Shown here piece after piece: positions 28,501 to 38,386 of a stretch of DNA of 64,000 bases (positions within the stretch are counted from its first letter, which is position 1; each line of letters begins with the position of its first letter). Position numbers and translations under genes: made by a program. The DNA lies in assembly GCA_016215455.1 (NCBI GenBank), contig JACRJP010000003.1, positions 124 through 64,123 on the forward strand. Direction: 5' to 3'. The notes below the pieces were generated by a model that saw nothing but the letters and a program-made list of their open reading frames with translations, ran no database searches and was not told the origin of the DNA. The DNA comes from Candidatus Tayloriibacteriota bacterium. GTDB lineage: Bacteria; Patescibacteriota; Minisyncoccia; Phycocordibacterales; PALSA-1337.

Positions 28501-29538
28501 TTATGAGCAAATATCGATAACGGCGAGTTCAAGTGGTAATGACTCAATTGATGCACTATTCATTTGTTGAGTAGCTTGGAGAAGCTTTATAAGAAGTTGT
28601 GGCTGTAAAGCTGCCTTCTGACTTGTTGCGAGTTTTTCAAGGAATTCAAAATCTCCTTCCGATACTGTTGCTGCAAGTGCTGATTTCATCGAAGGTGCGT
28701 GTGCGAGCAAAAAGAGAGCTCGGGTCTTTTCAAGAACTAATCGAATAAAGACTATACTTGATACTCCACTTTCACTCACCGTTGCAATAGTCGACAATGC
28801 CGCATCTTTGTTCTTCATTACCAATGCTTCAATGAAAGAATTAACCAATTGTGACTTTGGTACTCCCAATACCACTTCAATCTCAGCAAGACTAATCTTG
28901 TCGTCCTTTGAAGCTGCTACAGCCTTCTGGAGAGTTCCTAATGTGTCACGGAATGATCCATCACCAAAGATTGCAATGAGGTCTGCAACTCCTTTTTCAA
29001 TGGTCACACCCTCTTTTTTAGCGACAGAAGTCACAAGTTCACGCAATACCTCAAGTGACGGCTTCTTGAAAGCAAAAACCTGACAGCGGGATACGATAGT
29101 TTCAGGAATCTTCTCTGTTTCAGTCGTCGCGAGGATGAAGATAGCGTGCTCTGGTGGTTCTTCAAGAGTTTTGAGAAGTGCATTGAAAGCTTCCTTGGTG
29201 AGCATGTGCACCTCATCAATGATATACACCTTGTATTTCGACTCAAATGGCAACACGTTGACGGCATCACGTATTTCACGAATATCATCAATACCACGAT
29301 TCGATGCTGCATCTATTTCATAGATATCATTGTCTGATGTACCGATAGCATGAGCGAAAATTCGAGCAATACTTGTCTTTCCTGTTCCTCGACTTCCTGC
29401 AAAGAGATACGCATGAGAAATGTTATCGGCCTTAATCGCACCTTCGAGAACTTTGACGATGGTGTCTTGCCCTTTAACTTCCTTAAAAGACTGTGGGCGG
29501 TATTTACGATACAGAGCTACGAAATTTTCCTTTGACAT
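28501..29538 (-). CDS. dnaX: DNA polymerase III subunit gamma/tau, short (345 aa; domains I-III only)
   Basis: KYRPQSFKEVKGQDTIVKVLEGAIKADNISHAYLFAGSRGTGKTSIARIFAHAI; DEVHML box; sensor motifs. Confidence 0.9.
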   Translation of the reverse strand: MSKENFVALYRKYRPQSFKEVKGQDTIVKVLEGAIKADNISHAYLFAGSRGTGKTSIARIFAHAIGTSDNDIYEIDAASNRGIDDIREIRDAVNVLPFESKYKVYIIDEVHMLTKEAFNALLKTLEEPPEHAIFILATTETEKIPETIVSRCQVFAFKKPSLEVLRELVTSVAKKEGVTIEKGVADLIAIFGDGSFRDTLGTLQKAVAASKDDKISLAEIEVVLGVPKSQLVNSFIEALVMKNKDAALSTIATVSESGVSSIVFIRLVLEKTRALFLLAHAPSMKSALAATVSEGDFEFLEKLATSQKAALQPQLLIKLLQATQQMNSASIESLPLELAVIDICS

Positions 29539-29625
29539 ATGGTCAGTATAGCAAATTTTATGAGAAAACTCTCAGAAACAAAAAACTAAGTGCGGTGAAA
29601 ATAAAAAAGTAATTCTATAAATAAA

Positions 29626-29920
29626 ATGGCCAGCGAAGTCTCCGGGAGGGATACACTTCGCTGGCAAACGCCGGAACTGACGGATTACTTGCGGGCGGCA
29701 GCTTCTTGGCCCGGGGAACCGATCGCGGCGACGGCAGCGCAGGAGGCATGGACGGCATCTTCAGGAGCGATGTGGCCGGCGATGATCGCGGAATTCACAG
29801 CGGAGTGAGCGGCGAACGAACAGGGACGTGGATTGGTCTTCATAGCGGGAACAATGTGGAACCGTTGATGAACTGCTGGAGTCACCCTGAGCAATGTAAG
29901 TTTCTACTCAGGTCCAGACG
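29626..29920 (-). ncRNA. Candidate structured ncRNA (~300 nt, GC-rich, ORF-free) with own promoter and intrinsic terminator, immediately upstream of dnaX; possibly long-form SRP RNA (ffs/scr) by synteny
   Basis: GC about 60% in a roughly 40% genome. No ORF over 73 aa on either strand. On the minus strand -35 TTGACG (29949-29954) / -10 TATATT (29927-29932) with 16-nt spacing. 10-bp GC stem CCAGCGAAGT...ACTTCGCTGG (29630-29664) followed on the minus strand by a U-tract. I could not locate the canonical domain-IV motif by eye. Confidence 0.35.
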
Positions 29921-29950
29921 CTTATAAATATACACCTATTATTGTAAGCG

Positions 29951-30979
29951 TCAATATGCTGCAAGGTAGTTATCCACAGTCACTGACACCTCTGCTGCAG
30001 AGGTAGTTTCCATGAGTTTGAGACGTAATTCTTTTGAACCTTCCCAACCATGCACGTAGGCTTTGTAGTGTTTCTTCATGATGGCAAAGTTTTTGTAGTC
30101 CCCCAATAGTTTTTCAAAAAGTTGTGTATGCTCAACCATCACTCGTAATTTTTCTGCAACGTACTCTCGTACTTTTGGATCAGAAAGTTTTGCATCAGCA
30201 GACAAAGCATGTCGCATCGGTGATGTCATATCAAAAAACCATGGATTACCAAAAATTCCTCGACCGACCATTGCTCCATCAGCACCAGACGTTTCAATCT
30301 TTGCATATGCATCTTCAAGACTTGTTACATCACCATTACCAATGATCTTAGTCGAGAGCCCCATTCGATCTCGAATCGCAACCACTTCCTTAACATGTTC
30401 CCATCGTGCTGGGACATCAGACATTTCTTTACGAGTACGAGCGTGGATGGTCAAAGCAGCAATTCCCTCTTCTAAAATCGCTGGAATCCATGTATCTATT
30501 TCAACCTTGTTATATCCCACACGAGTTTTAACTGAAACAGGAAGACCTCCGGCACCACGTTTAGCTGCACGAATCACTTCTTTTGCAGTCGCTGGGTCCT
30601 TGATATGAGCAGCTCCAGCACCCTGCTTCTCAATACTCCGATCAGGACACCCCATATTAATATCGATACCATCAAAACCGAGTTTTGCGGCAAGAGCAGC
30701 GGCTTGTTCCATTTTTTCAGGATGGGCAGTAAAAAGTTGAGCGACGATAGGGCGTTCAGTTTCAGAATATGCGAGATCTCGTTCGAGTGTCTTTCGCCCA
30801 GGAGAACAAAGTCCATCTGCAGAGACAAACTCAGTCCACATGACTGCAGGACCACCATCCTTTGATCCCATACGACTGTATTTCGCTATGATCTGACGAA
30901 AAGCAGGATCAGTAACATCCGCCATCGGAGCAATGACGACAAAGGGTTTCGTAAGTTGTGACCAGAAATCTGAATTCAT
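29951..30979 (-). CDS. dus: tRNA-dihydrouridine synthase
   Basis: VIAPMADVTDPAFRQI, DINMGCP (catalytic Cys), FMN-binding TIM-barrel motifs. Confidence 0.85.
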   Translation of the reverse strand: MNSDFWSQLTKPFVVIAPMADVTDPAFRQIIAKYSRMGSKDGGPAVMWTEFVSADGLCSPGRKTLERDLAYSETERPIVAQLFTAHPEKMEQAAALAAKLGFDGIDINMGCPDRSIEKQGAGAAHIKDPATAKEVIRAAKRGAGGLPVSVKTRVGYNKVEIDTWIPAILEEGIAALTIHARTRKEMSDVPARWEHVKEVVAIRDRMGLSTKIIGNGDVTSLEDAYAKIETSGADGAMVGRGIFGNPWFFDMTSPMRHALSADAKLSDPKVREYVAEKLRVMVEHTQLFEKLLGDYKNFAIMKKHYKAYVHGWEGSKELRLKLMETTSAAEVSVTVDNYLAAY

Positions 30980-30999
30980 AAGGGAACACTACCATAAAC

Positions 31000-31926
31000 C
31001 TATGACTGCTTGCCACCCGATACGTATTTGAGAAGTCCGAGCACATCCTTATCACGATTCTTACTCAAAAGAACAATGAAGATATGTGGTTCAAGCGTAC
31101 CCTCCTCATTTGGAAGCAAGAAGATCGATGCAGCTGTGCGCTCTGCTTCATCAGTGAAACCATTTTTACCACCAGCGTATGATGCGAGATTAAGATAGTG
31201 TGTTGTATTTGTCCAAGTATGTCCTCGAATTGATTTCGTCTTAAGTTTTGTAATATCAATAATTTCAGGATGTTGAATATACAACCAACCAAGAAAACGT
31301 GAGAGTTCACGTGCTGTTGAAACATTAAACTGCGAGAGTCCTGATGGATCAGCAAAACGTGTTCCTGTTGCCCCAATTGAAGCTGCGAGATTGTTCATGG
31401 CAGCAACAAAAGCAGTTCGTCCCGCTGATGCCGCCAATGCTTCTGCTGCATCATTACTCGAAACCATCAATAGCGGGTACAGTAGGTTTGCAACACTTAT
31501 TTTTTCATCTTTCTTAAAACCCGCTGTTGCCCCTTCAGTTGCAAGAATATCTGCATCAATCGTAACTACTTTTCGACTATCAAGACTTTCTCTGGTTACC
31601 ACTGCAGTATAGAGCTTGGAGATAGATGCGATCGGTAGAACCTTATCAGCATTCTTCTGTACAAGAACCTTCCCTGTTGTGAGATTTGTCACTATATACG
31701 CACCGGCAGTAACTTCAGGAATCTTTGGACCAATTTCCATCTCACCTGATGGAACCTCAGAAACCTCATTATTGGTATATGTGGTTGTTCTTTCCGAAGA
31801 AACAAACTCACGTACCACAAAACGAAAAGTTCCAATTACCACAGCAACGATAAAGACTCCGACAAGCAGTGCTCCTGCCACCGAACTAAATGTTGTGAAG
31901 AAAGTTTTAAAGAGTCCTTGTCGCAT
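31000..31926 (-). CDS. D-alanyl-D-alanine carboxypeptidase (peptidase S11, PBP5/6-like)
   Basis: SxxK (ASISKLYTA), SxN (VSSND) and KTG-like (GFKKDE/GTG) motifs. N-terminal TM. Confidence 0.8.
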   Translation of the reverse strand: MRQGLFKTFFTTFSSVAGALLVGVFIVAVVIGTFRFVVREFVSSERTTTYTNNEVSEVPSGEMEIGPKIPEVTAGAYIVTNLTTGKVLVQKNADKVLPIASISKLYTAVVTRESLDSRKVVTIDADILATEGATAGFKKDEKISVANLLYPLLMVSSNDAAEALAASAGRTAFVAAMNNLAASIGATGTRFADPSGLSQFNVSTARELSRFLGWLYIQHPEIIDITKLKTKSIRGHTWTNTTHYLNLASYAGGKNGFTDEAERTAASIFLLPNEEGTLEPHIFIVLLSKNRDKDVLGLLKYVSGGKQS

Positions 31927-31927
31927 A

Positions 31928-32785
31928 CTATTTCATTTTGGAAAAAATCGTCGTTCCATACCGTGCATCAATGTAGTCAAGAGATGTTGTACCGTGACGC
32001 AACAGTACCCCCTTCTTATTCCCCACAAATTCCATTAAGTTATCAAGTGTTTTTGAAAGTGGCATCCTTTCGTTGAAATATATCGTAGCATACTCAGTAC
32101 TCGTAGCAATTGAGGTAAGTACGTACAACTCATGATCTCCTGTATTACCAACAGAAACTCCTAAAACAGGTAGTTTGAGACGAATGATACCTGTTACGAA
32201 GTCATCAAATTGACGAAAACGTGCACCATCAAAAAGATTACTTCCCATAAGTGGTGTTGTAGTACTTAGACCGTAATACCTCACATAGCTACGATCATCA
32301 GTTGGTTGTGCTTTAGCATAGAGATACCCTTCACTTGTTAGATAGTAACAGGGTGTTTCGCCAAACGTGTGGTACAAGAATTCACCTTCACACCACAAGG
32401 CCGATGGAGTATATTCATCAACTTCAACAAGTAACTTGGAACTGCCGTCATGAGAAATTTCTATATTTTTTAGAATAGGAAATGTTTTCTTGAGAGTGTG
32501 CTCGATGGTAGAACGTGGATACAAAATAGTATTCGAATATGGAATAAGACCAAGATACTCATGATCAAGAAGTTGCATCACCTCAAGAGCAACAACATCT
32601 GGAGATAGTGTTGAAGTTCCTTTTACATCAACTGAGGTAATTTGCAAAAAGGAAGCAGAGAGTAGTCGATACAAAAGATACAAAAAACTGAGAAAAATGA
32701 TAAGACTTAGGATCCAAATACTCCGCCGGGCACGACGTTTCTTATCCTTGAGTCGCGGAGAATGAATCGCTCTCCCTCGCACCAT
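31928..32785 (-). CDS. Cell-division protein FtsQ/DivIB-like (N-terminal TM plus POTRA-like domain)
   Basis: Basic N-terminus, single TM (IWILSLIIFLSFLYLLY), then ITSVDVKGTSTLSPDVVALEV... resembling the POTRA start of FtsQ. Sits among division/cell-wall genes. Confidence 0.45.
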   Translation of the reverse strand: MVRGRAIHSPRLKDKKRRARRSIWILSLIIFLSFLYLLYRLLSASFLQITSVDVKGTSTLSPDVVALEVMQLLDHEYLGLIPYSNTILYPRSTIEHTLKKTFPILKNIEISHDGSSKLLVEVDEYTPSALWCEGEFLYHTFGETPCYYLTSEGYLYAKAQPTDDRSYVRYYGLSTTTPLMGSNLFDGARFRQFDDFVTGIIRLKLPVLGVSVGNTGDHELYVLTSIATSTEYATIYFNERMPLSKTLDNLMEFVGNKKGVLLRHGTTSLDYIDARYGTTIFSKMK

Positions 32786-32786
32786 A

Positions 32787-34055
32787 CTATTGTTGACCGC
32801 CGATTACAGACTTTCCGAAATATTTCTGGAGTGCTTCAGGGATTTTAATACTACCATCTGCTTGTTGATAGTTTTCGACAAGTGATACAAGAATACGTGG
32901 AGTTGGAATAGCAGTACAGTTCAATGAGTGAGCGTAGCGAAGCTTACCTTCAGTATCTCGATATCGAATATTGAAACGACGTGTTTGGAAATCATGGAAA
33001 TACGAAGCCGATGAAATTTCTCGATACGTATTTTCTTTTGGAACCCAAAGTTCGATATCGTATTTCTTTACCTGACCGAGTCCGAGATCACCTCCACAGT
33101 TAATGACGGTGTGATATGGAATTCCGAGTGATTCGATAAACTCCTCAGTATTACGATTGAGTTCATCATGCAACTTCACTGACATTTCATGACTTGCTTC
33201 ACTCAAAATCACCTGTTCCATCTTATAGAATTCATGAACACGGATAAGTCCCTTCACATCTTTACCGTGACTTCCCGCTTCACGTCGAAAACATGGAGAA
33301 AAACCAAGATACTTGATCGGAAATTGTGAAGCTTCCAACACTTCATCAGAATGATACGCCATGATTGGCACTTCAGCAGTTCCTGCAAGAACCTCACCAT
33401 CTTGAGTTTGATAGAAATCTTCAACATCCCCTGGAAGATGTGCAGTACCATACAAATGCTGCTTACGAACAACAACAGGAGGAATCATTGGTACAAAACC
33501 TCTCTTTGAGAAGAAATCGAGAGCGTAATTCCAGATAGCAAAAGTAAGTCGAGCACCTTCACCAGTGAGAAAATATCCTCGAAAACCATGGGTCTTTGCT
33601 CCACGTTCGAAATCAACCATCTTGAGGGTAGTCATGAGTTCGAGATGATCTTTTGGTTCAAAAGAAAAATTCGGTTTCTCCCCCCATGTCTTAATTTCGA
33701 GATTTTGAGCATCAGAGTCTCCTTCTGGAACTGACATATCAGGAACCTGTGGTACTTGGAGCATGAGAGTGTGCCACTCTTTCATGATTTCTTTAAGACT
33801 TTCTTCTTCCTTTCCAAGAGATTCTTTCACTACCTTCATCTCTTCGATCATTGTTGCTCGATCAGCAGGAGTTGCTTTTTGAATCTTATCGCTCACAACA
33901 TTTTGTTCAGCGCGCTTCTTTTCGATCGATGCAGTGAGATCACGACGTTTATCATCAAGAACGATAAGGGCATCAATATCAATTTTGACGTGCTTTTTCT
34001 TAGCACCTTGAGCAACTATATCTTTATTTTCTCTGATAAATTTAATGTCGAGCAT
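32787..34055 (-). CDS. serS: Seryl-tRNA synthetase
   Basis: N-terminal coiled-coil MLDIKFIRENKD...; class II motifs (FRREAGSHGKD..GLIRVHEF; GGDLGLGQVKKYDIELW). Confidence 0.9.
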   Translation of the reverse strand: MLDIKFIRENKDIVAQGAKKKHVKIDIDALIVLDDKRRDLTASIEKKRAEQNVVSDKIQKATPADRATMIEEMKVVKESLGKEEESLKEIMKEWHTLMLQVPQVPDMSVPEGDSDAQNLEIKTWGEKPNFSFEPKDHLELMTTLKMVDFERGAKTHGFRGYFLTGEGARLTFAIWNYALDFFSKRGFVPMIPPVVVRKQHLYGTAHLPGDVEDFYQTQDGEVLAGTAEVPIMAYHSDEVLEASQFPIKYLGFSPCFRREAGSHGKDVKGLIRVHEFYKMEQVILSEASHEMSVKLHDELNRNTEEFIESLGIPYHTVINCGGDLGLGQVKKYDIELWVPKENTYREISSASYFHDFQTRRFNIRYRDTEGKLRYAHSLNCTAIPTPRILVSLVENYQQADGSIKIPEALQKYFGKSVIGGQQ

Positions 34056-34092
34056 ATTTGTGGGATTTTCTTAATGAAAATTTTATTCTTTC

Positions 34093-34845
34093 TTGAGCGT
34101 TCCTTCATGGTACAAAGACTATACTTTGTCCATGCTTGAATACAGATATCGTACCATAAAACCTTCAGATTTTCACTCTCACTTTAGTGAGATGGCTGAT
34201 CCACCAAAAAATCTTTGGATAGCCGGAGATATCCCACCAAAAGACTACAAAATGTTGTGTGTGGTAGGGGCTCGTTCGTATAGTGCTTACGGGCATGAAG
34301 TATGTACTTCACTTATTAATGGTCTTGAAGGGTATCCTATTTGTATAGTTTCAGGCCTAGCGTTAGGTATTGATACAATCGCACACGAAGCTGCTCTCGA
34401 AGCTAGTTTACCAACTGTCGCATTCCCTGGTTCTGGTCTTGAACAAAAAGTTTTGTATCCTGTCCGCAATCGAGGTTTAGCCGAAAGAATTATAGAAAAT
34501 AAAGGGTGTCTTATTTCAGAATTTCCTCCCGATCTCGCGGCACAGGAATGGACATTCCCCAAGCGGAACCGATTGATGGCTGGTTGTGCTGATCTTGTTC
34601 TTATTATAGAAGGCGGTCAAAGATCTGGGACTAATATCACTGCCCGACTTGCACTTGATTATAATAGAACGATCGGCGCTGTTCCTGGATCAATATTTTC
34701 ACCTCTTTCATATACTCCACACGAATTACTTCGCGAGGGGGCTTTCCCTATCACCTCATCTCACGACATACTGAATTTACTCAATATAGCAGAACACTCT
34801 GACACACCTTCTACCACCAGCCTTATGATTGAAGATCCTCCATGA
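34093..34845 (+). CDS. dprA: DNA processing protein DprA (Smf family, Rossmann-like core only)
   Basis: GARSYSAYGHEV...VSGLALGIDTIAHEAAL...GCLISEFPP......RNRLMAGCADLVLIIEGGQRSGTNITARLALDYNR. Confidence 0.8.
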   Translation: MSVPSWYKDYTLSMLEYRYRTIKPSDFHSHFSEMADPPKNLWIAGDIPPKDYKMLCVVGARSYSAYGHEVCTSLINGLEGYPICIVSGLALGIDTIAHEAALEASLPTVAFPGSGLEQKVLYPVRNRGLAERIIENKGCLISEFPPDLAAQEWTFPKRNRLMAGCADLVLIIEGGQRSGTNITARLALDYNRTIGAVPGSIFSPLSYTPHELLREGAFPITSSHDILNLLNIAEHSDTPSTTSLMIEDPP

Positions 34846-35707
34846 GAGCACGGAGAGCGGGTTCGAGCACGACAGCATGTCCAGATCCATATACAACAAA
34901 AATACGATCTTGCCGTTCAAGTGCTTTTGTAATTCGCTCAAGAATATACTCATCTCGAAATCGAGAAGATTTACTTGCTATATCATTCGTAAGAGTCCAG
35001 TTTTTATCTGGCCATGGAATCGGGTCAACAAGACTAGCGTAACGATTCTCAGTTAAATTAATATTAGCATCCATGTTATCAAGATACCGTGCGCATTCCA
35101 TCTCATCCCAACCTGAGTCAGTTTTAAAATGTTCGATATAAGGAGCAAGATACTCAACCAAAGATTCATGGGTTCGCTGAATATGAGTTCTAAAATACTG
35201 ATCAATATCTCGATAATAGTAATATTTAAAGATATCTTCTCGTTCAAATCCTAAATCTTCCAAATAATTAAGCTCATCGGATAATTTTGGCTCCGGAGAT
35301 TCAAAATCAACATCTTCACCCAACGCAACATGTTCTGCTCCCAGTTTGAGAGTATACATTGGCTCACCTAATGCCTGAGCTTCTTCGCGGGTCATATGTT
35401 CAAGATGATCAAGAACTCGTTCTCGATTATGAAGAGCATGCATACCCTCAACCATAACTCTCTGTGGTTGAACTTCTTCGAAGGCTTCAGTAATCTCATT
35501 AAACACTCCATTTCCAACATCGTTAACATGAGGTGATCCAAAAAAATACACCACCTTATCACCCGCTTCGATACGATACTGATGAATCAGGTTACCACTC
35601 TCAACAAATGCAGAAGCAGCATATTGCTCCCCTGACAAAATCGACTTCTTTACTGCAAGAAGTCTCTCATGTTCACCCGGGTGTTGGGCAGGAATTGATT
35701 CAATCAT
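34823..35707 (-). CDS. Hypothetical protein, possibly TraB/GumN/Tiki superfamily
   Basis: N-terminal VVYFFGSPHV and C-terminal RIFVVYGSGHA resemble the paired GxxH motifs of the TraB/GumN/Tiki fold. Weak. Confidence 0.3.
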   Translation of the reverse strand: MIESIPAQHPGEHERLLAVKKSILSGEQYAASAFVESGNLIHQYRIEAGDKVVYFFGSPHVNDVGNGVFNEITEAFEEVQPQRVMVEGMHALHNRERVLDHLEHMTREEAQALGEPMYTLKLGAEHVALGEDVDFESPEPKLSDELNYLEDLGFEREDIFKYYYYRDIDQYFRTHIQRTHESLVEYLAPYIEHFKTDSGWDEMECARYLDNMDANINLTENRYASLVDPIPWPDKNWTLTNDIASKSSRFRDEYILERITKALERQDRIFVVYGSGHAVVLEPALRALMEDLQS

Positions 35708-35724
35708 ATATACACAAAGATATT

Positions 35725-36078
35725 TTATTTATCCCCCTTATCACCATCGACGAGCGATGACAAAATTCCTCGAACAAATGTGAGAATTACTGCAAAGATA
35801 AGGGCAGGGAGAAAACCTTCAACATTGAAACCAGTAACTATTGAATCAGCAAGAAGTACGAGTAGTGCATTAATGATAAGTGTAAACAATCCAAGTGTTA
35901 TAACATTGATCGGTAGTGTAAGGAGAAGAAGCATAGGGCGCAAGATTGCGTTAATAAGACCAAGGACAACAGCAAGAATAAGTGCGGCACCTAAACCAGA
36001 CACAGAAACCCCTGGCAAAATATATGCAGTGATAACAATCGCTATAGCTGAAACTAACCAGTGAATGAGTATATTCAT
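35725..36078 (-). CDS. DUF360 / phage-holin-4-like small membrane protein
   Basis: 117 aa. 3-4 TM helices. ILPGVSVSGLGAALILAVVLGLINAILRP pattern typical of PF04020. Confidence 0.55.
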   Translation of the reverse strand: MNILIHWLVSAIAIVITAYILPGVSVSGLGAALILAVVLGLINAILRPMLLLLTLPINVITLGLFTLIINALLVLLADSIVTGFNVEGFLPALIFAVILTFVRGILSSLVDGDKGDK

Positions 36079-36132
36079 ACCTACTATTATATACCCTTCT
36101 TCAAGAATAAAAAATCTACCACCAAAAAACCT

Positions 36133-36708
36133 TTAAAAACGACGTGGTCGATGAACCTCTCGTGGTGTATACACAGGAAGTCTGCGACACGAAAGTGATC
36201 GTAAACCAACCTGTCTCAACCATGAAGGATCATCTAGTAGGCTTTTCTCTACAATCTTTGGTCGAGCAATCATACCCGCTTGCATCCAAGAAAAGGTAGG
36301 TCCCCAACCAGGAGTATGACCATAGGTCCCACTTGCGATATAAGCATGGAGGAATTTTTCCTTTTCCCGATGATGGGTTGAAACCTCAAACAGAGGTATC
36401 GAACAAACAATGATTGGAATATACGGCAAACAGAATATGGCCCGAATGATCTTCGGTAAACATTTCCGACCAAGCAACCTAGTTCTTGTTATACGCCACA
36501 CCACAAGAGTTAAGGTTCCTATACTCGCTACCACAGCGAGCCTGAGGAGTGAGCTTGACCAAGGATTTTCTCTTGGCATCCACCAAGTCACCGATATAAC
36601 CCAAAGCAACCACACATCAATCGTGGCAAGCAGGCATCCAAAAATGAATCCCATAGGAAAAAGGTTTGGGGTGAAATTACGAGGTGCGCTTTCATAATAT
36701 AAACACAA
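36133..36708 (-). CDS. Hypothetical membrane protein
   Basis: 191 aa. Trp-rich TM helices. No recognisable domain. A competing plus-strand ORF (36410..36697) exists, so the call is uncertain. Confidence 0.3.
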   Translation of the reverse strand: MCLYYESAPRNFTPNLFPMGFIFGCLLATIDVWLLWVISVTWWMPRENPWSSSLLRLAVVASIGTLTLVVWRITRTRLLGRKCLPKIIRAIFCLPYIPIIVCSIPLFEVSTHHREKEKFLHAYIASGTYGHTPGWGPTFSWMQAGMIARPKIVEKSLLDDPSWLRQVGLRSLSCRRLPVYTPREVHRPRRF

Positions 36709-36755
36709 AAGACCCTCCGTTACCAGAAGGTCTTTTGTTGTAAAAAATATTTTAA

Positions 36756-38201
36756 TTATCGTCCCTCTACGAATGTGAGAGCCTTACCCATTTGTCCTGC
36801 ACGACCAGTTCGGCCGATGCGATGGATATAGTCTTCGTATGTTCCTGGCACATCGTAGTTCACAACGTGAGTAACATTTCGAATATCAAGACCTCGAGCA
36901 GCAACGTCCGTTGCACAGAGAACTTGTACAGAACCAGCCTTGAATGATTCAAGAGCTCGCTTTCGCTGTCCTAGACTCTTATCACCGTGAATAGATTCTG
37001 CCTTGATACCTTCTGCAGTAAGCTGACGAGAAATTCGTTCAACTCCATGCTTTGTTCGTCCGAAGACCAGCACCTTATTCCATTCCGGATCCTTAAGAAT
37101 TTTCACAAGGTGACTAAATTTCTGAGCAGGATCACTAATACGGACAATATCCTGATCAACATTCGCTGATGTATCACGTGTCTTTACTGAAACCTTTACT
37201 GGATCCTTAAGGAATTCTCCGATAAGAGCTGTAATTTCTGGTGACATCGTTGCTGAGAAGAAAAGAGTATGTCGAGGAGTTGGCATTCGTGACATGACAT
37301 ATTTCATATCATGGATGAATCCCATATCGAGCATTCGATCTGCTTCATCGAGAACAATTGTTCCATACTTTGAGAGATCAAGTGTCTTTCGTTCAACGAG
37401 ATCCTTCAATCGTCCTGGTGTACCAATGACAAAATTGTGACTTCGGCGAAGCTTATCTACCTGCATACCAAGATGTGCACCACCGATACATGTAACCGCA
37501 TGAATACCAAGGCCTCGTGAAAAGCCACGAAACTCTTCTTCAATCTGAAGTGCAAGTTCACGTGTTGGTACAATAATGAGAACACGGTGATGATAATCAC
37601 TCATGATCTTATTAATCAAAGGAATGAGAAACGCCGCTGTCTTACCTGTTCCAGTGTTTGCAATACCAACAATGTCTTTACCGACAATAATATGAGGGAT
37701 TGAAGTGTCTTGAATAGGTGTCGGAGTGATGTAACCCTTTGTTGCAATATTTCGCTTCAAAGCGTCAGCAATCGTAAAATCCGCGAACTTGTGCACTGGC
37801 ACGTATTCTGGAATTTCTTCAACAACAGAAGCTGCTGTATTGATTTTATTAATAAAACGAGTTGGGTCGATATACGCACCAGAGAAGCGCTTTCCGCCTC
37901 CACGACTTCCTCCACGTGAACCGCCACCAAATCCTCCTCGAGATGAACTTGAGTGAGAAGAGTGACCTCGGTAACCACCTGAATGACTCGCTGGACGAGC
38001 ACTTCCAGAATAACTACCACTTGGGCGACTAGCGCCAAAACCACCACGTGAATGACCTGGTGTACTACTTCGGGTACCAAAACTTCCACTTCGCGCTGGC
38101 GAAGATGAAGGTGTTGATGAACCACGAACAAACGAACGTCGCGGACGAGGTGAAAAACTTCCACCTGACGAATGCGAACCTGACTGAGATGATGAATGCA
38201 T
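36756..38201 (-). CDS. DEAD-box ATP-dependent RNA helicase with N-terminal Ser/Gly/Arg-rich low-complexity extension
   Basis: Motifs: Q-motif, ANTGTGKTAAF (I), PTRELA (Ia), VLDEADRMLDMGF (II, DEAD), FSATMSP (III), HRIGRTGRAG (VI). Start taken at MHSSSQ. Residues 1 to about 110 are S/G/R-rich (RGG/SR-like). Confidence 0.85.
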   Translation of the reverse strand: MHSSSQSGSHSSGGSFSPRPRRSFVRGSSTPSSSPARSGSFGTRSSTPGHSRGGFGASRPSGSYSGSARPASHSGGYRGHSSHSSSSRGGFGGGSRGGSRGGGKRFSGAYIDPTRFINKINTAASVVEEIPEYVPVHKFADFTIADALKRNIATKGYITPTPIQDTSIPHIIVGKDIVGIANTGTGKTAAFLIPLINKIMSDYHHRVLIIVPTRELALQIEEEFRGFSRGLGIHAVTCIGGAHLGMQVDKLRRSHNFVIGTPGRLKDLVERKTLDLSKYGTIVLDEADRMLDMGFIHDMKYVMSRMPTPRHTLFFSATMSPEITALIGEFLKDPVKVSVKTRDTSANVDQDIVRISDPAQKFSHLVKILKDPEWNKVLVFGRTKHGVERISRQLTAEGIKAESIHGDKSLGQRKRALESFKAGSVQVLCATDVAARGLDIRNVTHVVNYDVPGTYEDYIHRIGRTGRAGQMGKALTFVEGR

Positions 38202-38386
38202 AAAACTAAATGAGCACAAAAATATGGAGAAAAATAAGATGAGCTCTCCGTTTAACTCATAAATACACACAGAGAGCTCCGCCCAAAAGATACAACGCAC
38301 ATTGGAGGCCTGCAGGTACTTGCACACCACAATATCAAATATGTTATTACTTGTCAAGATGTAAGGTTTGTGGCATTATAAACTTC

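Noticed and set aside
29626-29920. RNase P RNA or tmRNA assignment for the GC-rich ncRNA candidate
   Set aside because: The universal GGAAAGUCCGGGCUCC (P4) and ACAGAAnCCGGCUUA motifs, and the tRNA-like GGUUCGAnUCC 3' end of tmRNA, were not found on either strand. Left as unassigned, with SRP RNA suggested only by synteny.
29626-29927. Short ORFs (60-73 aa) on both strands of the GC-rich segment upstream of dnaX
   Set aside because: No coherent coding signal and mutually overlapping frames. The region is better explained as a structured RNA with its own promoter and terminator.
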